Source: Marsupella aquatica (Eukaryota > Plantae > Marchantiophyta). Taken from it: a stretch of 64,000 bases of DNA. Positions 12,536 to 23,203 of this stretch are shown piece by piece. Each line of letters starts with the position of its first letter. The first letter of the stretch is position 1. The position numbers and the translations under genes are program-made. A model generated the notes under the pieces. It saw only the letters and a list, made by a program, of their open reading frames with translations, did not search any database and had not been told where the DNA came from. The stretch is taken from contig OZ316894.1 of assembly GCA_973895155.1 (NCBI GenBank), forward strand, positions 2,682,457 to 2,746,456, written 5' to 3'.

Positions 12536-15500
12536 CTATAAACTACCAGATGTTTCTGATGCGAAGCTTTCAGATCTGTCCGTGGACTCGGCTTCGTCAT
12601 CAATGTACTTGCTTCGGGAAACATCATCTATATAAGGGTTCCTCATGAACTTCCTGTCTGCTCCCCTCTGAAGACGTAGACCTTTTGTTTCCCAACAAAG
12701 AGTTCTAATTTTGTCAACCCTCCTAGCGGCATTTTTAGCGTATGAGGGCAAAACAAACGGCTTCTCAGGAGTGATAATTACATTCCTAGCTAGTCTCCTC
12801 CGGAGTTGGAAACGCTTCCTCAGATTCCAATCTGACCTGATCCAGTAAAACGGAAAAACATATGAGTTTAGGAGATAAGAGAGCAAGAACCCAGAATTGT
12901 CAACAACACTTGAAAGGATAAAGAAGCTTACTGGAAGAACATTACTCGTCTGAGTCTTTGCTCTTCTCCGAAGAATCTTCCTCCTGTGTTTTCTTTGTGT
13001 CATCTCCGACTTCTCCAGAGGTACCTTCCTCTTCGTCGGAATCAAAATTGAGAACAGATCGGAGCCTATCTTTCTTTTTGCGACCACTTAAATTGGTCGC
13101 AGGAGGAGGCAATATCGGAACATGCCTGGGATCAAGAAGTTCTAAGAAAACCCTTGATGCGGTCTCAACAAACTCACGCCTATTTTCCAACCCAATCACG
13201 ACCAGAAAAATCACCAGCAATGAATGTGCTTCCTGAACCTACAGTCCAATCAAGGACAATATCTCCAGGAAGAGTAAAAAGCTCTATCACCGACTACATA
13301 AAACCAACTGAAAGACAGGCGTTCCCAGCAAAATCCAACTCCGGGCAATGATCTGTCTTCAAGGTTGGGAGCCCAATCAAGTTAGAGATCAAAGGATCTT
13401 CACTTATTGATAGAGGCTTAAACCTTGGATCCTTTGGTACCTTTCCTTTTGAAGAAGTCCGACAAAATATGTCTAGCCTAAGCGTAAATACCTACACGCA
13501 TCGCACACGTTTGGCTCACATTATCAACCGACGGGTAATGTTTCGAGAACTACAGCAAAGACTAAATTAGCGCCGGGCGCCAACAATAAACAAGAGATGC
13601 AACGATCTGTACCTGAATATCGGTCTTTGCTCTGTACATGGGCATAGACATGACGACATTGTGAGAATTGACACAATGGAACTTTTTTGACTGCTGGCAT
13701 GCTGAAATGACCTACGAGACCTGGTCATGGTCATCTGAATACAAGATCGCAAGCATGCCATCATCAGAAAGGAAAGGGTCCATTGCTTTGAAGAAAGAAC
13801 TGGGAACTATGTGGTCTGGTACATTCCACTTTGGAACCCGACGGTCCATGAGCGTAGGTTTAAGTCCAATAGGAAGATAGATGAATCCTGCATTGACACC
13901 AAACGATCTTTCTTTTCCTCCTCTGATTACTCCCTTTACTCGGGAACCTGACTTGATTAAGTCCTTTCCCCATTTCTCTGCATCAGTCACCCAATCTGGT
14001 TTCGCTGCTTTGTTGAAAGCAGTATCAATAAATTCTTGGATACTTGTTTCCACCATGCAATGCCTAGAAGATTTGCTCTTGAAGGTTCCCACATCTCTCT
14101 GAACATCAGTTCCAGCGGCATCATCTCGGGAAGATTCTCCAGCTTGAATTGCCCTTTTCTTCTTCTTCTTTGTATTGGTTGCATCAAGAGGGACGATCTC
14201 TTTCACTTTGTCAATTGGAGTTACTGGGTCTGACTGGGCACCGGTATTGGCTTCGAAAGGCTCCGGAGTGGCATCTACTTTTGTTTCGTCGGTTGCAGCG
14301 TCAGACTTTCTCCCACCTAAAGGAAAAAGAGCAGAATTTATTCAACGTTGAATAATAGCGCCAGGCGCTGTCCAAACCAATTGAAAAAACAAACCAATAG
14401 ACATAGTCATATAGCAGCGCCTGGCGCTAACCAAAATGTGAAGCTACAAGCTGAATGACAACTTACGTTTTTTGGCGGACCGTGTTGAGGTACTCGGTGC
14501 CGCAACTTCGGTTTTTGCTTTGGCTCTGGGTTTGCGACTTCGATCAACATGAACAATCATAGTTTCGCACACCGATTGCAATTCTGCCGCCGACTTGCTC
14601 ACATCACCTTTGATTCCCTGCTTCATGTCGGACACAAACTTGGGAGGGACTTGAGACTTTGAAAGCTTATGAAATGCGTCTTTCTCAATGTCTTTGAATG
14701 GAGAGTCCCATCTATCGGTGTCCAAATACCAAGGACAATGAATTCTCTCCCATTCTGACAGTTTCCTTGGTGGAAGACACCCTTCAGTGGGATACATTGA
14801 ATACACGTCGGCCAGTATGTCTCCTTCAGGAACAACAATCCACTTTTGGAAAGCAGCAGGGTATGCCCAAAAGTAATCTGGCTTCACAATCTCCATATGC
14901 ATTAAGAAACGGTACAGGTATCGTTTGGCCCTCTTCTGATTCTTGAGGGTGTAGTCAACCTTGTCGGGATACTTGGAAGGCCACATTGTATTAAAAAACT
15001 TGCCTTTCACAGCGTCCCTGAATTTCTTGAAGTCATTTGAGACTATTTCAATAAGCGATTCAATCGACTCACACTCCCACTCCCACTCCTACAACCGATT
15101 GGCGGGGACTATATCACTGACCTGGCGTAGGGAGGTTTGCAGCAAACCAATAGCGATTCCCTCCACAGTGTTCCAAGTTTGCCAGGTATGGCACCATTGC
15201 TTCACTGGATTGTCATTAACGCTCTGTGGATGGAAGAATTGTTTCCTCAGCTCCGGTGTACAATGGGCAACCAGAAGGGTACTCCTCAAACTTTTTGTTC
15301 TCTGCGACCCAAATTGCATCCTAGGAAGGACGAATCTCTGGCGTGCAGATCTTGACTTCACCATTGGAATTTGTTGGTTGGACATAAAACAGCATGCCGA
15401 TCTTAGAATTGTATCCTGTGCTCTGAAAGGAGTCTTTCAGCTTCTCTATCGAAGGACTTCCCTTCTGTAATGTTCGCACTACTTCCATATGAAGTAGTCG

Positions 15501-15828
15501 GCACATTGGAATCCTTGGCGGATCCTTGTCATGTCCTCGAGAAATCTTTTCCAAACGACATAATGTGTTTGGAGATCACATCGTAAATAGTCAGTGACGT
15601 CTCTCTGAAGTCCTCCACAGCAAATGAATCAGAATCATCCATCTTCCCTCTCTTGCTATTTGGGAACGATACAGCGGGTTGTGCTTCAGAGGCTCGCGAA
15701 GCAGTGGATCGAGTCACTCGACGACTGTACACGGATCCTGAAAATGAGCACTCAGATGTTTGCGAGGGAACGACCTCTCTGTGTCTGTTTCCACTAAAGC
15801 ATTGAGAGGAGGATAAGGTAGGGTCCAT
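12536..15828 (-). pseudogene. Intron-containing accessory gene: ParB-like N-terminal segment plus beta-class N6-adenine/N4-cytosine DNA methyltransferase-like domain; disrupted by stops and frameshifts
   Basis: Minus-strand translation at ~13295-13150: SVIELFTLPGDIVLDWTVGSGSTFIAGDFSGR/VIGLENRREFVETASR (motif I-II signature). A degenerate motif IV-like AGFIYLPIGL...VPKWN...FLSDDGMLAI lies upstream at ~13890-13750. ParB-like RIPMCRLLHMEVVRTLQKGSPSIEKLKDSFQSTGY at ~15515-15410. Introns at ~13493-13612 and ~14318-14466. Confidence 0.65.
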
Positions 15829-16828
15829 TGCTCGCACAAGGACGAAGGAAGCAATGACGACCACCGCGCTCTTTCTGTACAGCGAACGGCAAAAACCCGT
15901 CACACAGCTTCGATCGTAATGTACTTAACATGGGAAATAAGAAGAATCTAGAGCACAGAGCGTGACATATACGCTAAGGAAACTGAACTCCTGGCCTGGA
16001 TCTATGACACATGTCATTATCTTATTCGACAACACATAAGGGGATCAATGTATTGAGGGTCACGCAACCTATAGTTACCGTTAAATATGACCGTTGAAAG
16101 GAAAACCTGAGAATATATAGAATTAATTCTTACTCACCAAATAGTAGTGCCCGGCGCTAGTAATTTCCAAGACCTAAAATCTTTAATTTTTATGTCAGTT
16201 GGAAATTCAATATAGAGCCATAAGAGGCGCTAATATGCCATTACTTTCCCCAAAATCCGGTTTTCTCGTATTTCTGATACAAAAGAAAACTAGCGCCCGG
16301 CGCTAGCAAAAAACAAAGCTTTTTCATCCTTTTGAAGCCTCATACTTGTAGTTTTTACCATTGTGTACGTTCATAATATGAATGATATCAATACTAGCGC
16401 CTGGTGCTAATCATCCAGGGTCTCCGTTAGGAATTTATTTTATGTCATTTGCTTTTATTAGCGCCTGGCGCTACACATAAATTGACGTTAGGTGGACCCC
16501 AACCTTTTGGATTGTTATGAATAGCGCCAGGCGCTGAACATAAATTGACTCTGCATGGACCTCTACTTTTGCAATGTTTTTAATAGCGCCTGGCGCTATT
16601 CATCATCTGATATTTCTAGAACAAAAGGGTTCTTCCTAAATGACGTTTATCGTTAATGCCGTTGATCGTAAATGACATTGATATAACGACAAAACACATT
16701 TATGGTGTTAGAGGATTGTCTTATTATAACGGCTTTAGGGAACTGTTAGTCAGGATTGATAACAGTCCTCGTAGGTGGAATTTTGATTCATAATTTTCCT
16801 GCGCTCATTCACTTCCAAGGCTTCTGTG

Positions 16829-19800
16829 ATGTCTCAGTCAATCGTAGTTACCCGTATGTCCACCGGTGACATTGTTTCCATTCCAGTGTCTGTGGCCAAA
16901 AGGTACAGGCAAATAAGTAAGGTTTATCTTTGTGGAAGGTTTGATTTGCGCATGAATGACATAGAGGCAATCGTTCAGGAGGGAACGAAAGCCAATGACT
17001 TTGAATCTGTCGCACTTTTTGATGTCGATGACGGGGTGAGATTTTGGCACCTTAATGCTGGGTTGCGCTACTCCATTGTCATTTGGGAACCAAATCAAGG
17101 AGATCGGCAATCCCCTTAGAGGGATCCGGTGGATGTAGTTGCTCTTTCCGATAGTGATGATGAGGAGCCACCAAGGATCCCCTTCGTGGAGCCTTCGGCG
17201 CCTGAAGTGGTCTTGGTCAAAGAGGAGATGCCATCGTCGCAATCCCATATTGTATACCGGAGAAGTGCAATGGACGCGCTGCTCAAGTCAACTGGGTCCA
17301 GCGAACTTTCGAGGTTCATTTCGGCTGGAAACTTCCGGCATGAACAAGTACCTTGTTTGCCACCGAAGTACGATGGAAACGTAGTGTTTGAGTTGCCTCC
17401 ATCGTCGGGAATTCTTTCAAAAGGATCCCGTCTACGGGACATGGACCGAACCAAGGATTGCTACATCTGGACTAGAATATTTTCTACCACTGCAAACGTG
17501 CAGCCCAAGAAATACTGGGAATTTGGTAAAGTCACTTGTACTGGATTTATTGAGTGCAGGAATAAAACTTGTGACTACTTCCGCCAAAAGAAGAGGCGGA
17601 ATGCAAAGGCATGGGCTGGTACCCCAAAACTTGGAGGCTCTCACCGTGTTGGATCGTTCATTGAGCAGGGTGGAGTTGTTTGTCATTATTGCCAGCAGCT
17701 CCCTTTTTGTGTAGAGGCATGCTTTGCAAGACTGTTTTATATGTATCCTCAAGTTCTGCTTGACTAAGATACCTGTAGTCACATGTCTCGCCTTGCGATT
17801 CATATGGGCACCCACAACCATCCTTGTCGTAAGGTATTTTCCTGGAGTGCGGAAAAGGTAGTTGAAGATGTCATAAAAAAAAATTTGGAAGGCAATCCGA
17901 CTTGGACGCCTGCCAGGATTAAAAATGTAGCGACAAGATCTTTTGTACAGTCTTTGTGTGAGAGCCTGGATGAGATTGAAGATATCGAAGAGACAGAGAT
18001 TTTCCAGTCTCTAATGGTAGTTTCTACTCCACAGAAGTTTGCATCTCTTTTCAAGAGTGTTAGACAGGACCAGAAAGGCCGTGGAGAGTTGGATTTTCTT
18101 GTTCGGTATCAAAAGAATATAAACATGCCTTTTCTACATAGGTACATCCTTCCAGGTCAAGGATCTCAAGAAGACAGACCTCACATATTTAAGATGGCTT
18201 CCAAAGGCCATGGGTCTGGGGTGGATCTTTTGCGGCAAATGCAACCTGGAGGGATGCTTGAAGGTGCCTGGGTAAGCTTCAATGTCATGAAATGAATGAC
18301 CAAGGATTGGGTGACTTTCAGCGCACACGTTTACAATCACAATTACCGCGCATTGTGTACAATATTTACTTGCGAGCTAAAAGCTGAGGACACGGCGTCG
18401 TTCGAGAAGGCTTGGAGATTAATGATTGAGGTTTCCAAAGAGAATGGGTTAGATAATCCAACCATTCATGGCTTCATGGCAGACAATGCCCAAGCCGGAT
18501 GGTTAGCAGTCCGAAATGTTTTTTTTGGAGGGCACCCAAACCCTGAACGAGAGAGGACATACGCTTTTCATTTTTACCAAGCTTTTCATCGCCATTCTGT
18601 TGAAGGAGTGTTGGAAGAGAAGCAGGCGGAACATCGAATGCTATCGGATAAATTACGGAACGCACCGACATTTGTAGAGGCTTACCGACTTTCAAGAGAG
18701 ATTGACCTATGGTGGCAGTCGGGTAACTGCTTACCTGGAAAGCTCCGAATGCTTCAGAGTTGGATATCGTGGTGGGTCGTGCGTTGGAGGCAGTGGGGAA
18801 ATTTTATTCGCTTGGTGAGTAATAGCGCCTGGCGCTAGTAATATGCAACTCAGATTGCTTTGTAGAAGTACATTTTTCAGATGACATTCCTCAACATTCC
18901 ATCCAAAGAATCCAAATAATGTAATTGATTCTCAAATATTGACCTGTTTTCATAAACATGTGATTACACAATAATATTCATGGTTTTGTCTAAATGTTCT
19001 GCCTAGCGCCTGGCGCTAGTATGTTTTGTGCATTCTTACTAGTGTTTATGCTTTGTCGTTCCAGGACAAAAGTGTTGAAGAAGGCGCTAGGATTCCTAAC
19101 TGTACCGGGTCAGAGTCTGTTCACGCAGGAATGAAAGCATGGGTAATGAAAAAAAGGTTGGGCTCTTTGAGGCATGTGAAATGGATCAGAATCAAGCTGT
19201 AGTTTGCCATAGAGAACCAAAAATCACATTTTAAAGTCTCCAAACTCGGTATTCGTTCCCTTTAAGAACAAGATGGGGTTGGTTTGATGTAATAAACTAA
19301 AAACAAAGCTTTAAGCTCTTGTGTCACACATAGTAATCAATCTTGACTACTTTAATCAGGTACTTTGAAGATCGCTCCACAGCGGTGAGTAGTTTTTGAT
19401 GATAACTCAACATCAGATAACCTTCAATTAAGCAAAAGATTGCAATTAACAAAACACAAGGAAAAATCTCTCAGAGTATGCTTAAGGGAGTCTGGAATAG
19501 ACCAAGGTTACTCCTTAGACATAAGTAATAATGGAATGACTTTAAGGGAATCCAAATCCACACGGCTTTTCAGATCTAAACTGCATACTAGAGTATCCTT
19601 TTAAAATGCCGGCAACATGTCTTGACCTTTCTTCCTAAGTGATACTTAGTCAAGATCTAAAAGGATAAATACTTCAGCATTTAGATGGTACTAAGCAACA
19701 TGAAGGTGGAAACATCATTTCCAATGCAACTTAAACTCAATGAGTTAACTCTAAGAACTTGTGAGATTACAATGTGTCACCAAAGCGGAATCTGACATTA

Positions 19801-22555
19801 TAATTCACGAGATTCATAACTGAGGTTTTACTTCAAGTATTTGGGTTCCAAAATACAAGAAGGAGGTAAGTCTCTCCAATTATTAAGTCTGATTTAGAAC
19901 TCGTAGGTTCAGAATCAATAAACTTAACAAAAGGGAGGCAAAAATGCAGAACTTAACCATCTCTCTACACTAGGGGAAGAGGTATAAATAGTGATGAACT
20001 ACAGAATAAGAGGTCACAGGGTCGAAGAGACATGCCTCTTCATAACCCTCAAAAAGTCAAAATGACGATTCAATATGTGGAAAGCCGGAAAAAATGGCTA
20101 AGTATGAACTCTTAAACTCTTAAAAACTTAAACTCTTAAAAACGTAAAAACTTAAACTCTTAAACTCTTAATTTCAGTATACTAAAAATTGAGTAGATTC
20201 AACTATTTTTAACTTTCTACTCCTGGTTCGGAAAACTCTGAAATTTTTCCAGTAGGGTTTCCTAGGTACAGACTACAGCCTAAAGAAGTATGACAGCTTC
20301 TAAAGCTCTAGAACACATTTCTAAAAATCAGATAAGATGCACTACTCTAAAAACTAACTAAGAACACTTAGAGACTTCTTCAAGCTTGCTGTCGGATGTC
20401 CTCTGGTTCTAGTAACTCCACAAGGGTAACAATTCGGTTCTGGGTAACCTCTATCAGCTTAGCTTGGCGTGGGGATCCTCTGGAGTATGGTAGGCACCTC
20501 AGTTGTCTCTCAGGATACATCAAAGGCATTCTCTTCATCAAATAACAGGAATCTATACGAAGAGCTTCTCTGTATATCCCGATCACATCATAGTTGTTGC
20601 AGGTAGCAGCATACACTTGAGGATAATGAAACAGGAACTCATCACTACTCATCATCCTGGAATAGAAGGGTCGAAGTCTCCATTTGACATCTCTGAAATA
20701 CCGGTTGAAGCTGGGCAGAGTTTGAGAGGTAAGGTGGAAGAGAAGTCAGTAATGAGCGCCTATGTCTTGCATTCCTTCCCTCTTCAAGGCCTGCTCCTCG
20801 TTTTGTTGCAAAGTCCCGTTGGAGTTAGCCGAGCCTGTCACAATCGCGGGGCTCGCCAGTTCGCAAGTCGCAACTCTTAAAGTCGTAAAGTCTTAAAGTA
20901 GGGTTTACTCGTAAACCCTTAAACTCTTAAACTATTAAACACTTCAACTCTTCAACTCTTAAACTCTTAAACTATTAAAGTAGGGTTTACTCGTAAACCC
21001 GTAAACTCTTAAAACACTTCAACTCTTCAACTCTTAAACTCTTAATCTTCGGCAGAGTTTAGTTTACTCGAGTTATCAGCAAATATAGTTTAACTACTTC
21101 AAAAATTTAAAAATTTTCCGGTTTTCTTCATGACTTTGGAATTACTGCCTATCTACACAAGCTATATCGCAGGTTGCAGCATATACCGCATATCGGAAAG
21201 GATTGAGTAGAGGAAGAGGTCCTACAATATGGGAACTGGCTTTCTGTTCAGGTGACCAGGCAAGTTCCCCAAAGCTGTTCAAGGATGCAATGAACATGCT
21301 CCTCTCCAATGCAGCTGAGTTTGACTTGGAGAGAAGCGTTCCTCTCAATGGAGATGTTCTAACAAAGTCTGTCAAGAGGAAAGGACCTGCAACTGGGATT
21401 GTCTCGCCACAAGACTCCCATCGGCATGATAAAGTCCTTATCACATTGCCGAATACCAGATCAATCAAGCGTAAAAATCTGCACCACACAATGTTTGCTT
21501 TCGTATTGGAAGAAAAACCTGATGACATTTCCGTTGTCAATCTCTCAGGAAGTGATGATTCAAGGGATGTAGATAGTGATGATTTCAGTACACCGCAGAG
21601 TCGACATCAATCACGTTCAACACAATACCCACAAAGCGCCCCCACTGTACTTTAGCAGACATCGCTCCAATCTCCAGTTCTTGAAACAGAAGTCATGCAG
21701 GGTTCATGGCATCTGCGTCGAACATCAAGATTTGGGGCCGATCCACACTGCAACGCGTCATTTGGTGGTAGTTCCGAGAGAGATGAGTGTCAAAATAGAG
21801 TGAAGAAAGTTGGGTTCCCCTCATCAAACGGTGTCATTGGAATTGTTGTCAAAGGACAACGCATGTTCAGGGGGGAACCCATAGCCGAAATGATATGGTT
21901 CTGCCCAAACAACACATGTTATCGGGGCCGTCCCCGCCGTGGTGTAGTGAACCTGCCCTCCGTTCCTGATGTTCTTCCTGTTATAAAAGGAACAAATGTT
22001 TCGGAAGCTGAGATGAAGTATCTTGTTGACCAGGGAATACCTATAGCCCGAGGAAGAGACGGTCCTCTACCTCCACCATCACTTTTCGAGCTTCAAATCA
22101 ACGTAAACTTATTTCCAGAGAGAGTGAATCTTTTGGAACCCACTGTTCGTCTCCAAAGTTGGAATGGAAAGAACACGGTTCCTCGATCAACCTTGACCCA
22201 TGGCCACATGACGAGGATTGAATCTGCAAGAAAAGAGACCATGTCCGTCCAGGGACAGTGTGATGTTTCTATTGGGAACTCATGGGGGAAGCAATTCAAA
22301 GTACAAACACATGAGAATCTAAGGACGCCGAATAGTTACTTTGTGCAGATTTGTATTTTTCCGACTTGTTCTTGTGAGGATTTCTATCATCGACATTCTC
22401 ACAGACATTCATATATGCCTTGCAAACATTTGTACTGGGTTTTCCAGACCGTTTTCAAACTAGAGGTTGAGGAATCTACTTTGACCAGCCAACCAATTCT
22501 CACAGTTGGAGAAGTCCGACTGATCTTGGAGAGGGAGAATGCTCATGGTTTATAG
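16829..22555 (+). pseudogene. Mutator-like transposase: GCM/WRKY-like Zn DNA-binding domain, MULE DDE core and C-terminal SWIM finger; in-frame stops, intron 18815-19064, solo-LTR insertion
   Basis: C-x-G-x3-C-x4-C...C-x2-C...RLAIHMGTHNHP; WVSF(N) in the first-Asp position; FMADNAQA (second D); ERT(Y)AFH (CxxH-like); SESVHA (E); SWIM CSCEDF...CKH. ORFs 16826/17129/17783/18296 share a frame separated by single stops, as do 21203/21695. Confidence 0.85.
19198..21157. mobile_element. Solo LTR (1960 bp) inserted in the MULE transposase
   Basis: TGTAG...CTACA termini; TSD CAAGC at 19193-19197 and 21158-21162; removal restores MDQNQA|ISQVAAY; internal AAACTCTTA tandem tracts at ~20107-20170 and ~20915-21045. 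Confidence 0.9.
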
Positions 22556-23203
22556 AGAAGGATATATTTGTCCTATACTTGAAACGGTTATATTAGTTTT
22601 TGTCGTATTACAACGGTATAGTTTTATGTTAGCGCCTGGCGCTGGGATGGAAGTCTTCCTTATTATCATTTACTTCATTGTAATCCTATCAATACAAATG
22701 ATATTTTAAATTTTTGTTTCCCACATTATGCATTCATCCAATGTCATTTTCTAAATGGGTTGGTTGTTTCCACCATCGCCGGTGGTCTTTCAAATTGTCC
22801 AGAGTTTTCATTTCTGGTTTTCTGCCTTATTGTTGGCCGATAATATTATGTTACTTATGGTGGGACCGACCATGTCAATGTTTTTTCCCATGGCATTCAC
22901 TGGTAAATGTTTGTGTGTCAGTGGTTTTTGGGACACTATTTTCCAGAAGTATGTTGGTGATTCCGGACTCACTTATCATCAGACAACAATTGTTGCCCTG
23001 TTAGTTGGTTCTAAGCTCTAGAGCGTAAATGAAGCGTAATGCATATTGCTTTTTTCAGATGTATCTGGCTTGAAGTAATGAAGTATTCTCCTGTTCCAAT
23101 GACTAACATTTCCTGGTAACAGCAACCTATCCCTAATAACAGCAAAAAAAAATCTGCTACCAGAATTCCTGTTTTCCTGTTTCATGTCTCGGTGGCCATA
23201 CCC

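Larger units (their letters stand above)
12327..22644. repeat. Dispersed 15-bp palindrome TAGCGCC-N-GGCGCTA, 14 copies starting at 12327, 12427, 13568, 14356, 14415, 16145, 16291, 16395, 16459, 16522, 16584, 18823, 19004, 22630
   Basis: Each copy read directly, 0-2 mismatches to the consensus; none noticed outside the MULE block. Confidence 0.92.
12135..23203. mobile_element. Mutator-like (MULE) DNA transposon block with two divergent genes; termini not recognisable, boundaries approximate
   Basis: Bounded by loss of homology to Copia-2: the 3'UTR match ends ~12130 and the RT match resumes ~23204. Contains the transposase, an accessory gene and 14 block-specific palindromes. Confidence 0.75.

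Noticed and set aside
16291-16598. Regularly spaced palindromic repeats resembling a CRISPR array
   Set aside because: The repeat is only 15 bp, the spacers are partly similar to each other, copies also occur dispersed in introns, no cas genes are present, and the context is eukaryotic.
20100-21050. AAACTCTTA repeats as possible telomere-like sequence
   Set aside because: They do not match TTTAGGG/CCCTAAA and lie inside a solo LTR.
22660-23200. Possible third, convergent gene in the MULE block
   Set aside because: All minus-strand frames have multiple stops and no recognisable motif.
12135-23203. Bacterial or phage contamination as the source of the ParB/MTase-like gene
   Set aside because: The gene has spliceosomal introns, is paired with a eukaryotic MULE transposase, and sits within a TSD-flanked Copia.
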